The position numbers and the translations under genes were made by a program. From contig NW_005434600.1 in assembly GCF_000315625.1 (NCBI RefSeq), positions 218,260-282,259 of the forward strand: DNA of 64,000 bases, written 5' to 3'. The notes under the pieces are model-generated. The model was not told where the DNA came from. It searched no databases and saw only the letters and a program-made list of their open reading frames with translations. Below are positions 12,498-27,959 of this stretch, in pieces (position 1 is the first letter of the stretch; each line of letters begins with the position of its first letter). The stretch is from Guillardia theta CCMP2712. Lineage: Eukaryota > Protista > Cryptophyta.

Positions 12498-13229
12498 GCG
12501 GACGTCGCCGAGCAGGAGTTCATCCAGCTCCTGCCCTTCCTCTTGTCTGTCTCGCCCCCCCCCCCCTTGATACACCGATGGTGCTCTACATCCAAGCCCT
12601 GTCTCCTCACCTCCTCTCTGGCCCTCGAAGTACTTCTGTGCATGCGACCGCACCTGCGACGCCGTCCTCGTCCCGATCGCCCTCGAGATGAAGTAGGCGG
12701 CGTTCTTGCCCAGCCCTACCCGCACGCGCCCGTCCTGAGCAGCCCTCGTCTCAGCGTCAGGGCAGTAGTCTCTGAGCGCGACGAGGAAGCGCTGATGCTC
12801 GTCCTCCGTCCAGCCTCCTGACCCTCTGGCTCCGAGGGAAGGAGGAGTAGAGAAGGATAGCGACGAGGAGGCAAGAAGACGCGGCGACGTTGAGGAAGAG
12901 GACCAAGAGGAGGACGCGGACGAGCCTTGAGGCAAGCCCGCATGCAGCTCTGCTATGCTTGCAACGGGTTGCCAGCACGTCCTCGCCGTCGGGCTTGCGT
13001 GAGCCTTCGGGGACTGCCGGGCTGCTGCCATCTGCGACGAGGGCAGGAGGCGAGAAGAGGCATCTGGGCGGGCCGTAGGATGCAGCTCGAGCTTGACGGG
13101 CCGGTGGCGACAGCTGGCATGTGCCGTAGCAGGAAGCCTGAAGATCGCGTCGATGGCGTCCTCTAGAGCCACGGGGTCCTGGGAGGTCCACTGGTAGGGT
13201 AGGGAGGCAGGGTCGTGGGGAGGGTCCAT
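12321..13229 (-). CDS. SHAQKYF-class MYB copy 3 (inverted duplicate of copy 2); stop codon lost, reads through into micro-ORF C
   Basis: Near-identical inverted copy of ~10195-10925. After FEGQ, a 1-nt difference puts the TGA of copy 2 out of frame. Confidence 0.8.
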   Translation of the reverse strand: MDPPHDPASLPYQWTSQDPVALEDAIDAIFRLPATAHASCRHRPVKLELHPTARPDASSRLLPSSQMAAARQSPKAHASPTARTCWQPVASIAELHAGLPQGSSASSSWSSSSTSPRLLASSSLSFSTPPSLGARGSGGWTEDEHQRFLVALRDYCPDAETRAAQDGRVRVGLGKNAAYFISRAIGTRTASQVRSHAQKYFEGQRGGEETGLGCRAPSVYQGGGGRDRQEEGQELDELLLGDVRMLIRRTFSSLTALLLLVAAPLLDLLADDLPPPTSVQPSLPSHAPPPSGTRGVSTSGSS

Positions 13230-13656
13230 GCGGAGACGGGGAGACAAGACAGGAGGAGGGAGGAGGGGAGGCGGCTGGAGAGAGGCTGGGAGGAGGAGGA
13301 CGAGGGAGCTTAGCGAGGCTTCTTGATATCCGGTAAGCCTGAAACGATCGTCCTCCGGCTCCTCTATCTCTAGCTAGCTAGCGCCTTGCTCCGAGTTTAC
13401 TCCCACGACGTGCGGGGATCAAGGTCACGAGGGTGCTGATGTCAGCGGGGCGGTAGCGATGTGGTTTGAGACCAGCACTGATATCCATAACGCATATCCC
13501 TATCTCGTTGTTAAAATACATTATAAAGCATGCACCTTTCTCACTCTACCATTTTTAGAATTCTCAGACTAGGCCTACTGCCCCTGATCCACCGTTCTCT
13601 TCTATCACCAGGTTTCTTGCTGTCATCCGCCTGCCCGGTTTCGCACTCCCTTCCCC

Positions 13657-13932
13657 ATGCTCCTTCTCTCCCTCCCTGCTCTCGCTCCTGCCGTCGTCTT
13701 GCTCATCAGGAGGACCTTCTCCAGCCTCACTGCCCTGCTCCTGCTCGTCGCTGCTCCTCTGCTCGACCTGCTCGCCGACGACCTCCCTCCCCCTACGTCT
13801 GTCCAGCCGTCCCTCCCATCCCCTCCCATGCCCCACCGGCAGGGGAGTTTCGACAAGCGGAAGCTCTTGAGGGCGGAGTTTGGAGAGACGTTCAAGGTGC
13901 GGAGAGCGTCGGAGGAGAGGCGATGGGGGTAG
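13657..13932 (+). CDS. Micro-ORF family copy D (91 aa), head-to-head with MYB copy 3
   Basis: MLLLSLPALAPAVVLLIRRTFSSLTALLLLVAAPLLDLLADD...GSFDKRKLLRAEFGETFKVRRASEERRWG*. Confidence 0.72.
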   Translation: MLLLSLPALAPAVVLLIRRTFSSLTALLLLVAAPLLDLLADDLPPPTSVQPSLPSPPMPHRQGSFDKRKLLRAEFGETFKVRRASEERRWG

Positions 13933-15076
13933 ATGTCAAGGTCGGTCATATATCCAGTGGGGACTGGGAACATGCAAGTACTGGATTAGGGAAGAGCGAG
14001 AGAGAGGATCGGTGTTGGCGTATGATAGGATAGGTCTAGAGCAAGAAAGATCAGGGATATGGTGATATGTATGATACGAATGAAAGAAGCATGCTATAAG
14101 GAATAAGGCTTGATTGAGCAATCACCAGCCTTCTCGCGGGTCCAGAGATCCTGTGAAGCATGATACCATCGGGGACGAATTGGGGACAGTTTTCCCTGCG
14201 CATCCCTCCAATTGCACGAGCTCCTGTGCCCCTACTACACGCTCTTGCAAAATACATGCTCGTAGAGCTGCCCCCGCAGCAACGGATGGCGATTCTCACA
14301 CACTGAGAACAGCCTCTTCAATGTGTCTGCTTCTGCCGCTTCCGCAAGCATCGTCATGTATCTCAAGGGTTCCAACCCGCTTTCCCGTTATATCCAAAAG
14401 CTCGAAATCAAGCAATTTATACCCTGCGCTGATGAGCCCGCACGGTGATGAGCCCCACACGTTGCCTGGAGCACACATGACAACGTCCATGCATTTGTTA
14501 ACCTCGTACTGGCATAATGTGCAACTGCTCCCCGTGGTGATAAGAGATCGAAAACAAACATTCAACCAGGAACAAACATGCCAAGTCTTGTTCCAAGCGT
14601 GTAACGAACTTCTTCATTCTCGCTGTAACAGACGACTAACACTTGGCAATACAAGCAATAGAGCAAAATATGATGGTAGGCGACTCTCCCCAGCCCAAGA
14701 GACTGTGACACGATCGTGACAATTTCACCTTTTCCTCGTACATATTTTAACTTAACCTTGAGTAAAGAGTCTCTGAGGGCGACGTCACGGTCCTGCAAAA
14801 CGGATCCGATCATGACTGTCTCGTGAGCAGACTTAGTAAAATACTTGTAAAAATTTGAAGCAAGATATTGTTTACTACAGCCTTAAGACTTGTTAAAAAT
14901 CTCTGCTGCACCTGTCTGTCAGGGGGGGTGCAAGCAAATTTATAAGGGAGCGCTCGTCGAGAGGGAGGAAGAGAGGGCCGCGGCTAGCACGACATGCACG
15001 GCCACCCTGTGGTGGTCGAAGCATGATGCACCTGTGAACTATCCTTGATGCTCAAGAAGATGAACAGCTGATCAGC

Positions 15077-15913
15077 ATGTATAGAGATCAGTCTCGAGAT
15101 CAACTGGACCAGACACCAACACTCAAGGATGGACGGGCGAGCTCGCATTCTCCGCATCGCGCAGGTGCTGAACAGACTTCAGATCAAGTACAGACGAGAT
15201 TATCACAACATGATCTACATGAAACTACTCCATGGACCGCCGATGACTCTGTCCCGCTGGAGGACGCGATAGAAGCTATATTTCATTTTCCGCCCAAGTC
15301 TAAATCGAAGTCGAGGTCGAGGTCGAGGTCCACAACAACGTCAACGCCAGCGTCAGTGTCAGCATCAGCTTCAACATCTACGTCTATGTCAATGTCCACG
15401 TCGACGTCGACGTCGACATTGACGTCGACGTCAAGACATCAGATTCAAGCTTCTCAGCAGTTTGCTGCCATGATGAATGATCCGAGCACTTCTCCACATA
15501 TCCCTGCCGTACAAACAACTCAATATCAGGATGGGTGGGCTTGCTCAAGTGAAGTCTATAGTTCTGGTCCAGCAAGTCACATGATGAGGCAGCAAGCTGG
15601 GAACCTTCACTCCATGAGCCTTGCGATGCCTGCGAGCTGCAACCCAACTCCCACGAGCTCTCCTCCTACTAACTCCTCCACTGACACCTCGGGGACCTCT
15701 CGGGGCTGGACGGAGGACGAGCATCAGCGCTTCCTCGTCGCGCTCAGAGACTACTGCCCTGACGCTGAGACGAGGGTCGCTCAGGACGGGCGCGTGCGGG
15801 TAGGGCTGGGGAGAGGAGTCGCCTACTTCATCTCGAGGGCGATCGGAACGAAGACAGCGTCGCAGGTGCGGTCGCATGCACAGAAGTACTTCGAGGGCTT
15901 GATGAAGGATTGA
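15077..15913 (+). CDS. SHAQKYF-class MYB-related transcription factor, copy 4
   Basis: 278-aa intronless ORF with the motif WTADDSVPLEDAIEAIF, an S/T-rich linker and a C-terminal MYB ending SHAQKYFEGLMKD*. Confidence 0.9.
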   Translation: MYRDQSRDQLDQTPTLKDGRASSHSPHRAGAEQTSDQVQTRLSQHDLHETTPWTADDSVPLEDAIEAIFHFPPKSKSKSRSRSRSTTTSTPASVSASASTSTSMSMSTSTSTSTLTSTSRHQIQASQQFAAMMNDPSTSPHIPAVQTTQYQDGWACSSEVYSSGPASHMMRQQAGNLHSMSLAMPASCNPTPTSSPPTNSSTDTSGTSRGWTEDEHQRFLVALRDYCPDAETRVAQDGRVRVGLGRGVAYFISRAIGTKTASQVRSHAQKYFEGLMKD

Positions 15914-16610
15914 GAAAGGAAGATGCAGGGTACAAGGGAGGTGATTTTTTTATCTTTAGTTGCGTAATAGATGCATACTCGCCCGGACCAGTTATAAGCT
16001 GTTGTGACGATCTCCATCGGAGAGTTCAAGTCTTGCCCTGACCCCCTCCAACCTCCACCGGGCCCCTGCTGCGGCTCCACAGGAGCTGTGCTGCTGTCAA
16101 CGTTGAAGGCCGGTGGTGGGAACTCTAACCCGCCTCAATAAAATACTAGCCTGGAAACCAAGGAGGCAGCGAAATCCGATACTCCAACGGGCCACGCAAG
16201 CGACGGCATGCACGACAAGCAGGGGAACAAGGATCAGGACAAAGAGCAGTAGCGCAAGGCTCCTGCGAGGAGGACGGCGAGACCAATGCCGCTGCCGCGT
16301 GCGCCACGGTGCGAAAGCCGCGCGCAAACGTAGCCTTGCCCTGCCGCAGTGCCGCATAAGGCCCCGGGAAGAAAGTGCGACAGTGTCAGGTTAAGTAAGT
16401 CAGGTTCAAGCCTCCTCCCGAAGTTTGAGTAAAGGGCTAGTGGGTGACTGGCTGCAGCGAATCGAGGCCCGCCTGGGCCCGGGCCGGGCGGCCCGGGCCT
16501 GGCCGGGGCCCGGGCCCTCCCTGCGCCCGGGCCCCGGCTCGGAGACGAAAGGACCCCTACCCTCTTTTGAATTTTTCGAGGTTAGGGTGGTTGGGGTGGG
16601 CGCTGGCGCA

Positions 16611-18091
16611 ATGCGAAGGGGCATGGCCCAAGGTGTGGCGGCGGCGGCGCTGGCGGCGGCAGCGTTTGTCGTCATGGTCACAGTGACAATGATGAGCGGA
16701 GGAAGAAGTTCGGAGCTGATCGTGTACCAAGACAAGTACCAGGATGTGAAGGCTGGGGGCGACTGGCTGAGCTGCCTGCGATGCCGTCATGCTGAGCATG
16801 CCTGCCATCCTTCGATCCAGGAGCAGAAGGGAACGGGAGGAAACGGCCAGCCAAACGCCTGTCCTCCGTAAGTCATCGGCTGTGATCTATCTTCTAGTCC
16901 TGACGTGCTGTCATCAGGCATACTGGGATGACCCTGGTGTGGGTGAAGCGCAACGGAAAGGTAAGTGTCCTCGCATTGAATGTGTTTGTGATCTGATGTC
17001 ACTGTCTGTACCTGCAGCTGCAGCAGAAGTGGGTGGACAAGTCTATCCTCAAGTGCGCTCATGAGAGAGCCATGCCACCCCATGAGGAGGCCGAGAATGC
17101 TGAGGCATCCGAAAATCAGGAGGGGGCTGAAGGAGAGGGAGAAGGGGAGGAGCAAGTCTTTTGTGTCAGGCCGGCACCGGGAGAGCGGTCGAAATGGCCA
17201 GCAGATCAAGACTGCATGTCAATGAAGGACTGGATGGCTTCCCAAGGGTTGTATGGGAGCGAAGCCAGCGAGGAGAGCGAGGAGGGTGGTAGCGAAGAGG
17301 GCGGGGAGAGCGGGGGGGAGGAGGCTGCGGAGCCTCAAGAACCCGCCCAGGATGAGAGGTATGAAGTGATAACGATGATACCAACGAGCCCATGATGAGC
17401 TTTGACAGTGCTAAGACACCTTTTCAAAGTTGGTACGACGGCAAGCTCCAGGTAAGGCCGGACAAGAGGGTCTTCGGGGCGATGCCCTGAATCTTTCGCA
17501 GGGTATCTATGATCAATATTACGGAGCTTCGGAGGGCGGAGGCGAGGGAGAGGGGGGAGAAGAACAGTCCAGCGAGGAAGAGCCAGAGTCGGACGAGCAT
17601 GATGCATGTGAAGACGTCAGAAGGTTACTAGCTCGCCATCCTCCCCCCTTGCTCTGCTCACACATGAACAGGGAGGCGCTGCAGATGGCAAAGCCGCCGT
17701 CCTTTGAAGAATGTTATGGACCAGCACAACTGCTCTGCCAGGTTGTTCGAGCTTCGTGAGAATGGTGAGCATGCTGACGTGCCAACTTGCAGATGTCTTG
17801 CTTCTCAGAATGCCTCCGCGGCCAGCACCCAGTCAATCTCAAGGCAAGACAGCAGGTGATTTCTTTTGCTCCCTTTGATTGCTGGTACAAGTGACACCTC
17901 TCGGTTTAAAGATGCTGTTCTTGGACAACTCCCTCCCCATCGATTCGATGGATCCAACAGGATACGATGAGGGTAAGAGAGCGTTTCGTCCGACGTGTCG
18001 GCATCTTTCTGAAGGGCCCGACAGGTTTCGACCCTCCCCTGGTGGTTCCTGGGGGCAACCGTGATATGTTTGGAATCAACAATCAGCAATA
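16611..18091 (+). CDS. Multi-exon unknown protein with an N-terminal signal anchor and acidic Glu/Gly-rich segments
   Basis: Starts MRRGMAQGVAAAALAAAAFVVMVTVTMM. Downstream exons (17033-17395, ~17500-17620) are acidic and Cys-containing, separated by short GT-AG introns. The end is approximate. Confidence 0.6.
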
Positions 18092-18149
18092 GGCGGATGT
18101 AATGTACTCATAAACTTTGTTTGGACGGGTTGCCTCTAGTCTCACATTC

Positions 18150-18870
18150 TGTTCAAAGATCAGCAAGTTGCAATCTCAGTTCTTCCCGATCAAATATTCC
18201 TGAGGCGTCAGAGAAGACTCAGTCAGGGTTCACTCTCTTGTACCAGTCGCTGAGATTGAGATCTCTTGGATTCTAGTCTTGATGTCGTCAAAGTCCTGAC
18301 GTCGCTGGCAAGCACACAAGTGGTACAGTACCCAGACCTTGAAGATCTCTGCCTTCCTCCTCCTCGCCAAACTCCATCGCAAAACCCTCTCCATCAGTTT
18401 CATCTGCTGCCTCCTGCTGCCATGATTCTCAACATGCGCTTTCCTTGTGCTCGGGTTAGAGCCTTCAGATGTTGTTGCAGCAGCAGGCGAGGAGGCTGGG
18501 CCCATGATCCTTGAGTTTGCACTGCGGATGAAATTCCTTTCCGTCTTGCTAGTACTCATCGTCAGTGTTCCAGGAGAGGTTGCTGCTGGTCAGGAGATGA
18601 CGATACGAGCAGGAGCAGGAGCAGGAGCAGGAGCTGGAGCTGGAGCAGGAGCTGGAGCTGGAGCAGGAGGGAATGAAGAGCAGGACTGGAAGGAGGAGGA
18701 CGGAAACGACGAAGACGACGAGGAGAGGCTCGTGATGACAACAGAGCAGCTGGGTTGCAAGCTCGTTTGTTGCAGCTCAATCAGCAGGGCTTTCAACTTC
18801 ACTTTCTAGCGTCAACAGAAAAGGAATCGAGTTTCACTGCTCTCACGCTTGTCCAATCGGCACACAGCAA
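18150..18870 (-). CDS. Possible partial unknown gene next to an assembly gap
   Basis: The ORF at 18230-18559 has coiled/basic character (QQMKLMERVLRWSLARRRKAEIFKVW). No family was recognised. Confidence 0.3.
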
Positions 18871-18885
18871 GGAGATACTTCAGGC

Positions 18886-19014
18886 AGGGAGGGAGGGAGG
18901 GAGGGAGGGGAGGGAGGGAGGGAGGGAGGGAGGGAGGGAGGGAGGGAGGGAGGGAGGGAGGGAGGGAGGGAGGGAGGGAGGGAGGGAGGGAGGGAGGGAG
19001 GGAAGGGAGGGAGG
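18886..19014. repeat. (GGGA)n microsatellite running into the N gap 19015-19466
   Basis: Read directly from the sequence. Confidence 0.95.
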
Positions 19015-19553
19015 NNNNNNNNNNNNNNNNNNNNNNNNNNNNNNNNNNNNNNNNNNNNNNNNNNNNNNNNNNNNNNNNNNNNNNNNNNNNNNNNNNNNNN
19101 NNNNNNNNNNNNNNNNNNNNNNNNNNNNNNNNNNNNNNNNNNNNNNNNNNNNNNNNNNNNNNNNNNNNNNNNNNNNNNNNNNNNNNNNNNNNNNNNNNNN
19201 NNNNNNNNNNNNNNNNNNNNNNNNNNNNNNNNNNNNNNNNNNNNNNNNNNNNNNNNNNNNNNNNNNNNNNNNNNNNNNNNNNNNNNNNNNNNNNNNNNNN
19301 NNNNNNNNNNNNNNNNNNNNNNNNNNNNNNNNNNNNNNNNNNNNNNNNNNNNNNNNNNNNNNNNNNNNNNNNNNNNNNNNNNNNNNNNNNNNNNNNNNNN
19401 NNNNNNNNNNNNNNNNNNNNNNNNNNNNNNNNNNNNNNNNNNNNNNNNNNNNNNNNNNNNNNNNNNTCACTGATTAGGCTAGGATTGTCCTATCTTGCTC
19501 ATTAGCAGCGAGCTGGTCCCGATAACGATCTTTGCAGCCGTCTCCTTCCAACA

Positions 19554-21624
19554 TGGATTGGAATGTCCCGCACAGCTCAAGGCCCGCGACTAGCGAGGTT
19601 GCCTCCATATCCTCTCCTCACAAGGTAGGGTGACCAGCTTCACCCGCAATTGACTGACGACCTTGTCTTGTCTCTCAGCTACAACAGTCACAAGCAGCGG
19701 TATCACAAACGCTCTTGCTGAGCGTTCAAGTGTGAGGATGCTGATGTATTGCGGACAGTGGGAGCAGAACACCAAGGATCTGCTTGATACAGCAAGAAAG
19801 ATGAGAGTGATGTCATCCAACCAGAGAGTGAGGAGTCAGCAAGGAGCAATTCTCCAATGACAGCATGTCGCAGGCGGTTTCAAACGGAGCACGACTTGCA
19901 ACTGAAGAGACGATGATCACCGATCACAAGTACTTGGCCGAACAGACTTGATGGTTCTAAGATGTTTGTAGGTTGTCGTCCAGGGCGTTAGAGCAGAACA
20001 TACAAGAGTCGACAAGGCTGAAAGACAAGTCGGAAAACATGCTCGATGCTATCACGCAAGAGATCTCTCTCCTCCACCAGGAAGCCTCGCAGGCAGAGAT
20101 GGTGTATGAGAGAATGAAGGTTTGTAGATGAGGCATGCAATAAGAATTGGTCACTTTCTGTCAAAGGAACCGCTCGCTGTTGCTGAAGAATGCCTCCTCC
20201 TGCGAAGGAAGCGACCAACTCGCGAGAACACAAGAGATCAAGTCGAGCGGAGCTTGCATGAGCAGGTGATGATCGTCGGGGCGGAGGAAGAAGGGGCAAA
20301 TTCTGACGGAAGGAGAGCAGGTGACTGGGGCGAAACAAGCTCTCAGGCTTCTCGGCGACGTCATGGATGCATGCGAGAAGGAGCTGGGCAGGCTCGACAG
20401 CTGCAAGGCTCGTCTAGAGGAGGACATCGAGCAGAAGCGACTGGCGTTGGAGGTTCGAGACCGGTCGCTCCTGCCACCATGACATGCGAGCAGATCGACT
20501 CAAGTGCACTTGCGCTGGAGTCGGAGAGGACGGCGGAGCAGGAGTTCAAACGAAAGATCGCTACATCCTTCCCGCACATGTGGCGGAAGCGCACTGAAAC
20601 CTTGTGCGAGGAGTCGGAGCGCACCAAGGCGACTGCTGAGGTAGTTGAGTAGACTCCATGCTGCGAGCTGACATGGCTGGTGGGCCAGCGGCTGCGGGAG
20701 AAGAGCAAGTCGATCCGAGCAGAGATGCTGTCGATGGAGAGACAGACGCGGGAGAACTCAACGAGAAGCTTGAGAAAGAAAGCAGAGGACACAGAGAGGC
20801 TTAAGGTAACTGCTCTTCTCTTACTCCCCTCCCCCTCCCCCTCCCCCTCCCCCTCCCCCTTCCCCTCCCCCTCCCCTCCTCTCTGTATTCCCCCCTCCCC
20901 TCTTGCTCTCTTTCTCCTCCCCTCTTGCTTCAGCCCCCTCCTCACCCCCTCCACCCAGCGACTCTCCTACCTCCTCACCTCCCCCCCCCTCCTTGCCTCC
21001 ACCTCTCACACCATTCCTCCCTCTCTTCCTCCCCTTCCACTCCTGACGATCAGAGCAGAAGGAGCTGGAAACATCGATCCAGGCGCTGGCGAGCGAGGTG
21101 TCAGCCATGGAAGAGGCTCGGAAGACGCTGCAGAACAGCATCGAGGACAAGGCTGGCCCCTTGAAGCTTGCTCGGACTCGCCTGACGTGATTGCACAACA
21201 ACTTCCTCTGCCATGCTGTGACATGGCATGCCAGTGTCCGCACTCAGAAGCCTGATCCCGAGACTGTCCGAGACAAGGCCGAGCGATCCCTGGAGAAGGA
21301 AGTCGGCGATCTTGAGCAAGCGATGAGAAGGTTGCAGATCGAGTTAAGGAAGCAAGATGCTGACATCCAGGTAGTTAACATGATTGCTTGTCAGTCTTAG
21401 GAGATCGTTCCCTGACTTGTTCTCACAGCGGCTTCAACACAGCCAGTCGCAACTTGAAGCTGACTTGCAAGACAAGACGGCTGCCCTCTCTATCGAACAG
21501 GTACATGTCTACAGGAATCTTGACTCGCGGCTACGTCAGCACTTACATATGCGTGTGTTGTTATCAGGAATGCGAGGGGCTACAACGTGACCTGACAAAA
21601 CAAATGGCGTCTCGCCAGTCGTAG
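19554..21624 (+). CDS. Tektin (flagellar filament coiled-coil protein), multi-exon
   Basis: Two tektin-like signature loops, EECLLLRRKRPTRENTRDQVERSLHEQ and VRTQKPDPETVRDKAERSLEKEV (cf. RPNVELCRD), plus LEEDIEQKRLALEV and LEADLQDKTAALSIE repeats. The start is approximate. Confidence 0.85.
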
Positions 21625-22911
21625 GCTGATGTCACTTCAAGGATATATGGAACATCGAGGAGATTGCAACTTCAATACTGCTGTGATATCAACGATGTTG
21701 TAACTTTGGAGATGTTGTAACGCCGATGATGTTGGAACTTCAAAGATGCTTTTATGTCAAATGGTGTTGCATTTTACTGATGTTGAAAGACGTCGGCAAG
21801 TGCCTGGTCTCTGGTGCAGGACGCGAATTTTCCGATGTGAGACGAGATATGTAGGGTGAAGAACGTCTCGATCGCATCTTTTGTGCCCCAATATCAATAC
21901 AAGGTGTTCACACGTGGTTGATTGCGAACCTGTATTGTTTGGTAGTGGACTTGAAACAAAGTCTTCCTTCCGTCTCCTCCTTCTCTTCCTTACCCTTCAT
22001 CCTATCTCTTTCCGAATGGCAGAGTTGAGTATCCGATATCGGCATCAAAATATCATCATTATCATGTACTGTAGAGGACTCTTGGTACATACAGCGTAGA
22101 AAACATCTTGTGAGGCAGTGTCTGTGCAGATATCAAATTCTCTCTTTCATATCGTGAACATGGACTGAATGCGTGTTGTTGGATCGAGATGATGATGGGG
22201 ATGATGATGGGGATGATGATGGGGATGATGATGCTGGCNNNNNNNNNNNNNNNNNNNNNNNNNNNNNNNNNNNNNNNNNNNNNNNNNNNNNNNNNNNNNN
22301 NNNNNNNNNNNNNNNNNNNNNNNNNNNNNNNNNNNNNNGTACCGATGGTAGTATACTTTCCCACTCCACACGGGAGATAGTCATAGTGATTTTCGGTTCT
22401 GTGTCGAGGGTCGTCGAGATAACCTTCCGGTTGATCGATGGATACGACCGGATCTTGAGGTCAATTTACGAATGTCAACTCAGGAAGCTGGCGTGGCCTC
22501 CGGAGAGTGTGAAGAGGCTAAGAGCCCGCCGTTGGAGGGTGGCATGAAGATTCTGAACAACCATTTCATAGTTGCCCCATGTATTATTCCAGTCATGAGG
22601 TGGCCTTTGGATGTCAGACACAAGGTGTGAGTCCATTGAAGAATGATCAGGGGGGGAGACCATGGTGAACTAGCATAGCAGAGAGAAGAGGAGGGGAGGG
22701 GGAGGGAGGATGGGAGAAGGGAGGAGAGGATAGGATTCGATGAGTGTAGGAGGGAGTAGGAGGAAAGGGAGTTGTAGAGTACTGGCGTTCGCAAGTGAAC
22801 TGGGTATTGCACACCATCCATGAGTTGATATTGATATACATCGAGTTTCATCATTTCTTTGTTTGCTTCTCAACTGACATTAGCACGAGCAGCACTTCAA
22901 GCAGCTGCAGT

Positions 22912-27728
<4,817 letters not shown>

Positions 27729-27959
27729 GCGCAAGAGAAGAGAAATGAAAAGATTCGTTGACGTGTAAAGCAACCATGATGTAGCTTTCGTACTTGTCTT
27801 CTCCTCTCCTCCTCTCCTCCTCTCCTCCTCACTGCTCATCTTCTCTCCTCCTCACTGCTCTTCTCCCTTCAACCTCTTCTCTTCAGTACCTCTGCAAGTG
27901 CTCGATCCTCCTCCTGTCTCCACTTCTCTTCTCTTCTCCTCCCCTCTCCTCTACTTTTT

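Noticed and set aside
14114-14813. Cys-containing short ORFs between micro-ORF D and MYB4 (similar fragments at 9313-9537 and 62600-63040)
   Set aside because: I could not build a consistent exon structure or recognise a family; these may be gene debris.
18755-19505. ORFs spanning N runs (also 22062-22547, 26276-26761, 57016-58005, 59963-60705)
   Set aside because: Their length is an artefact of assembly gaps.
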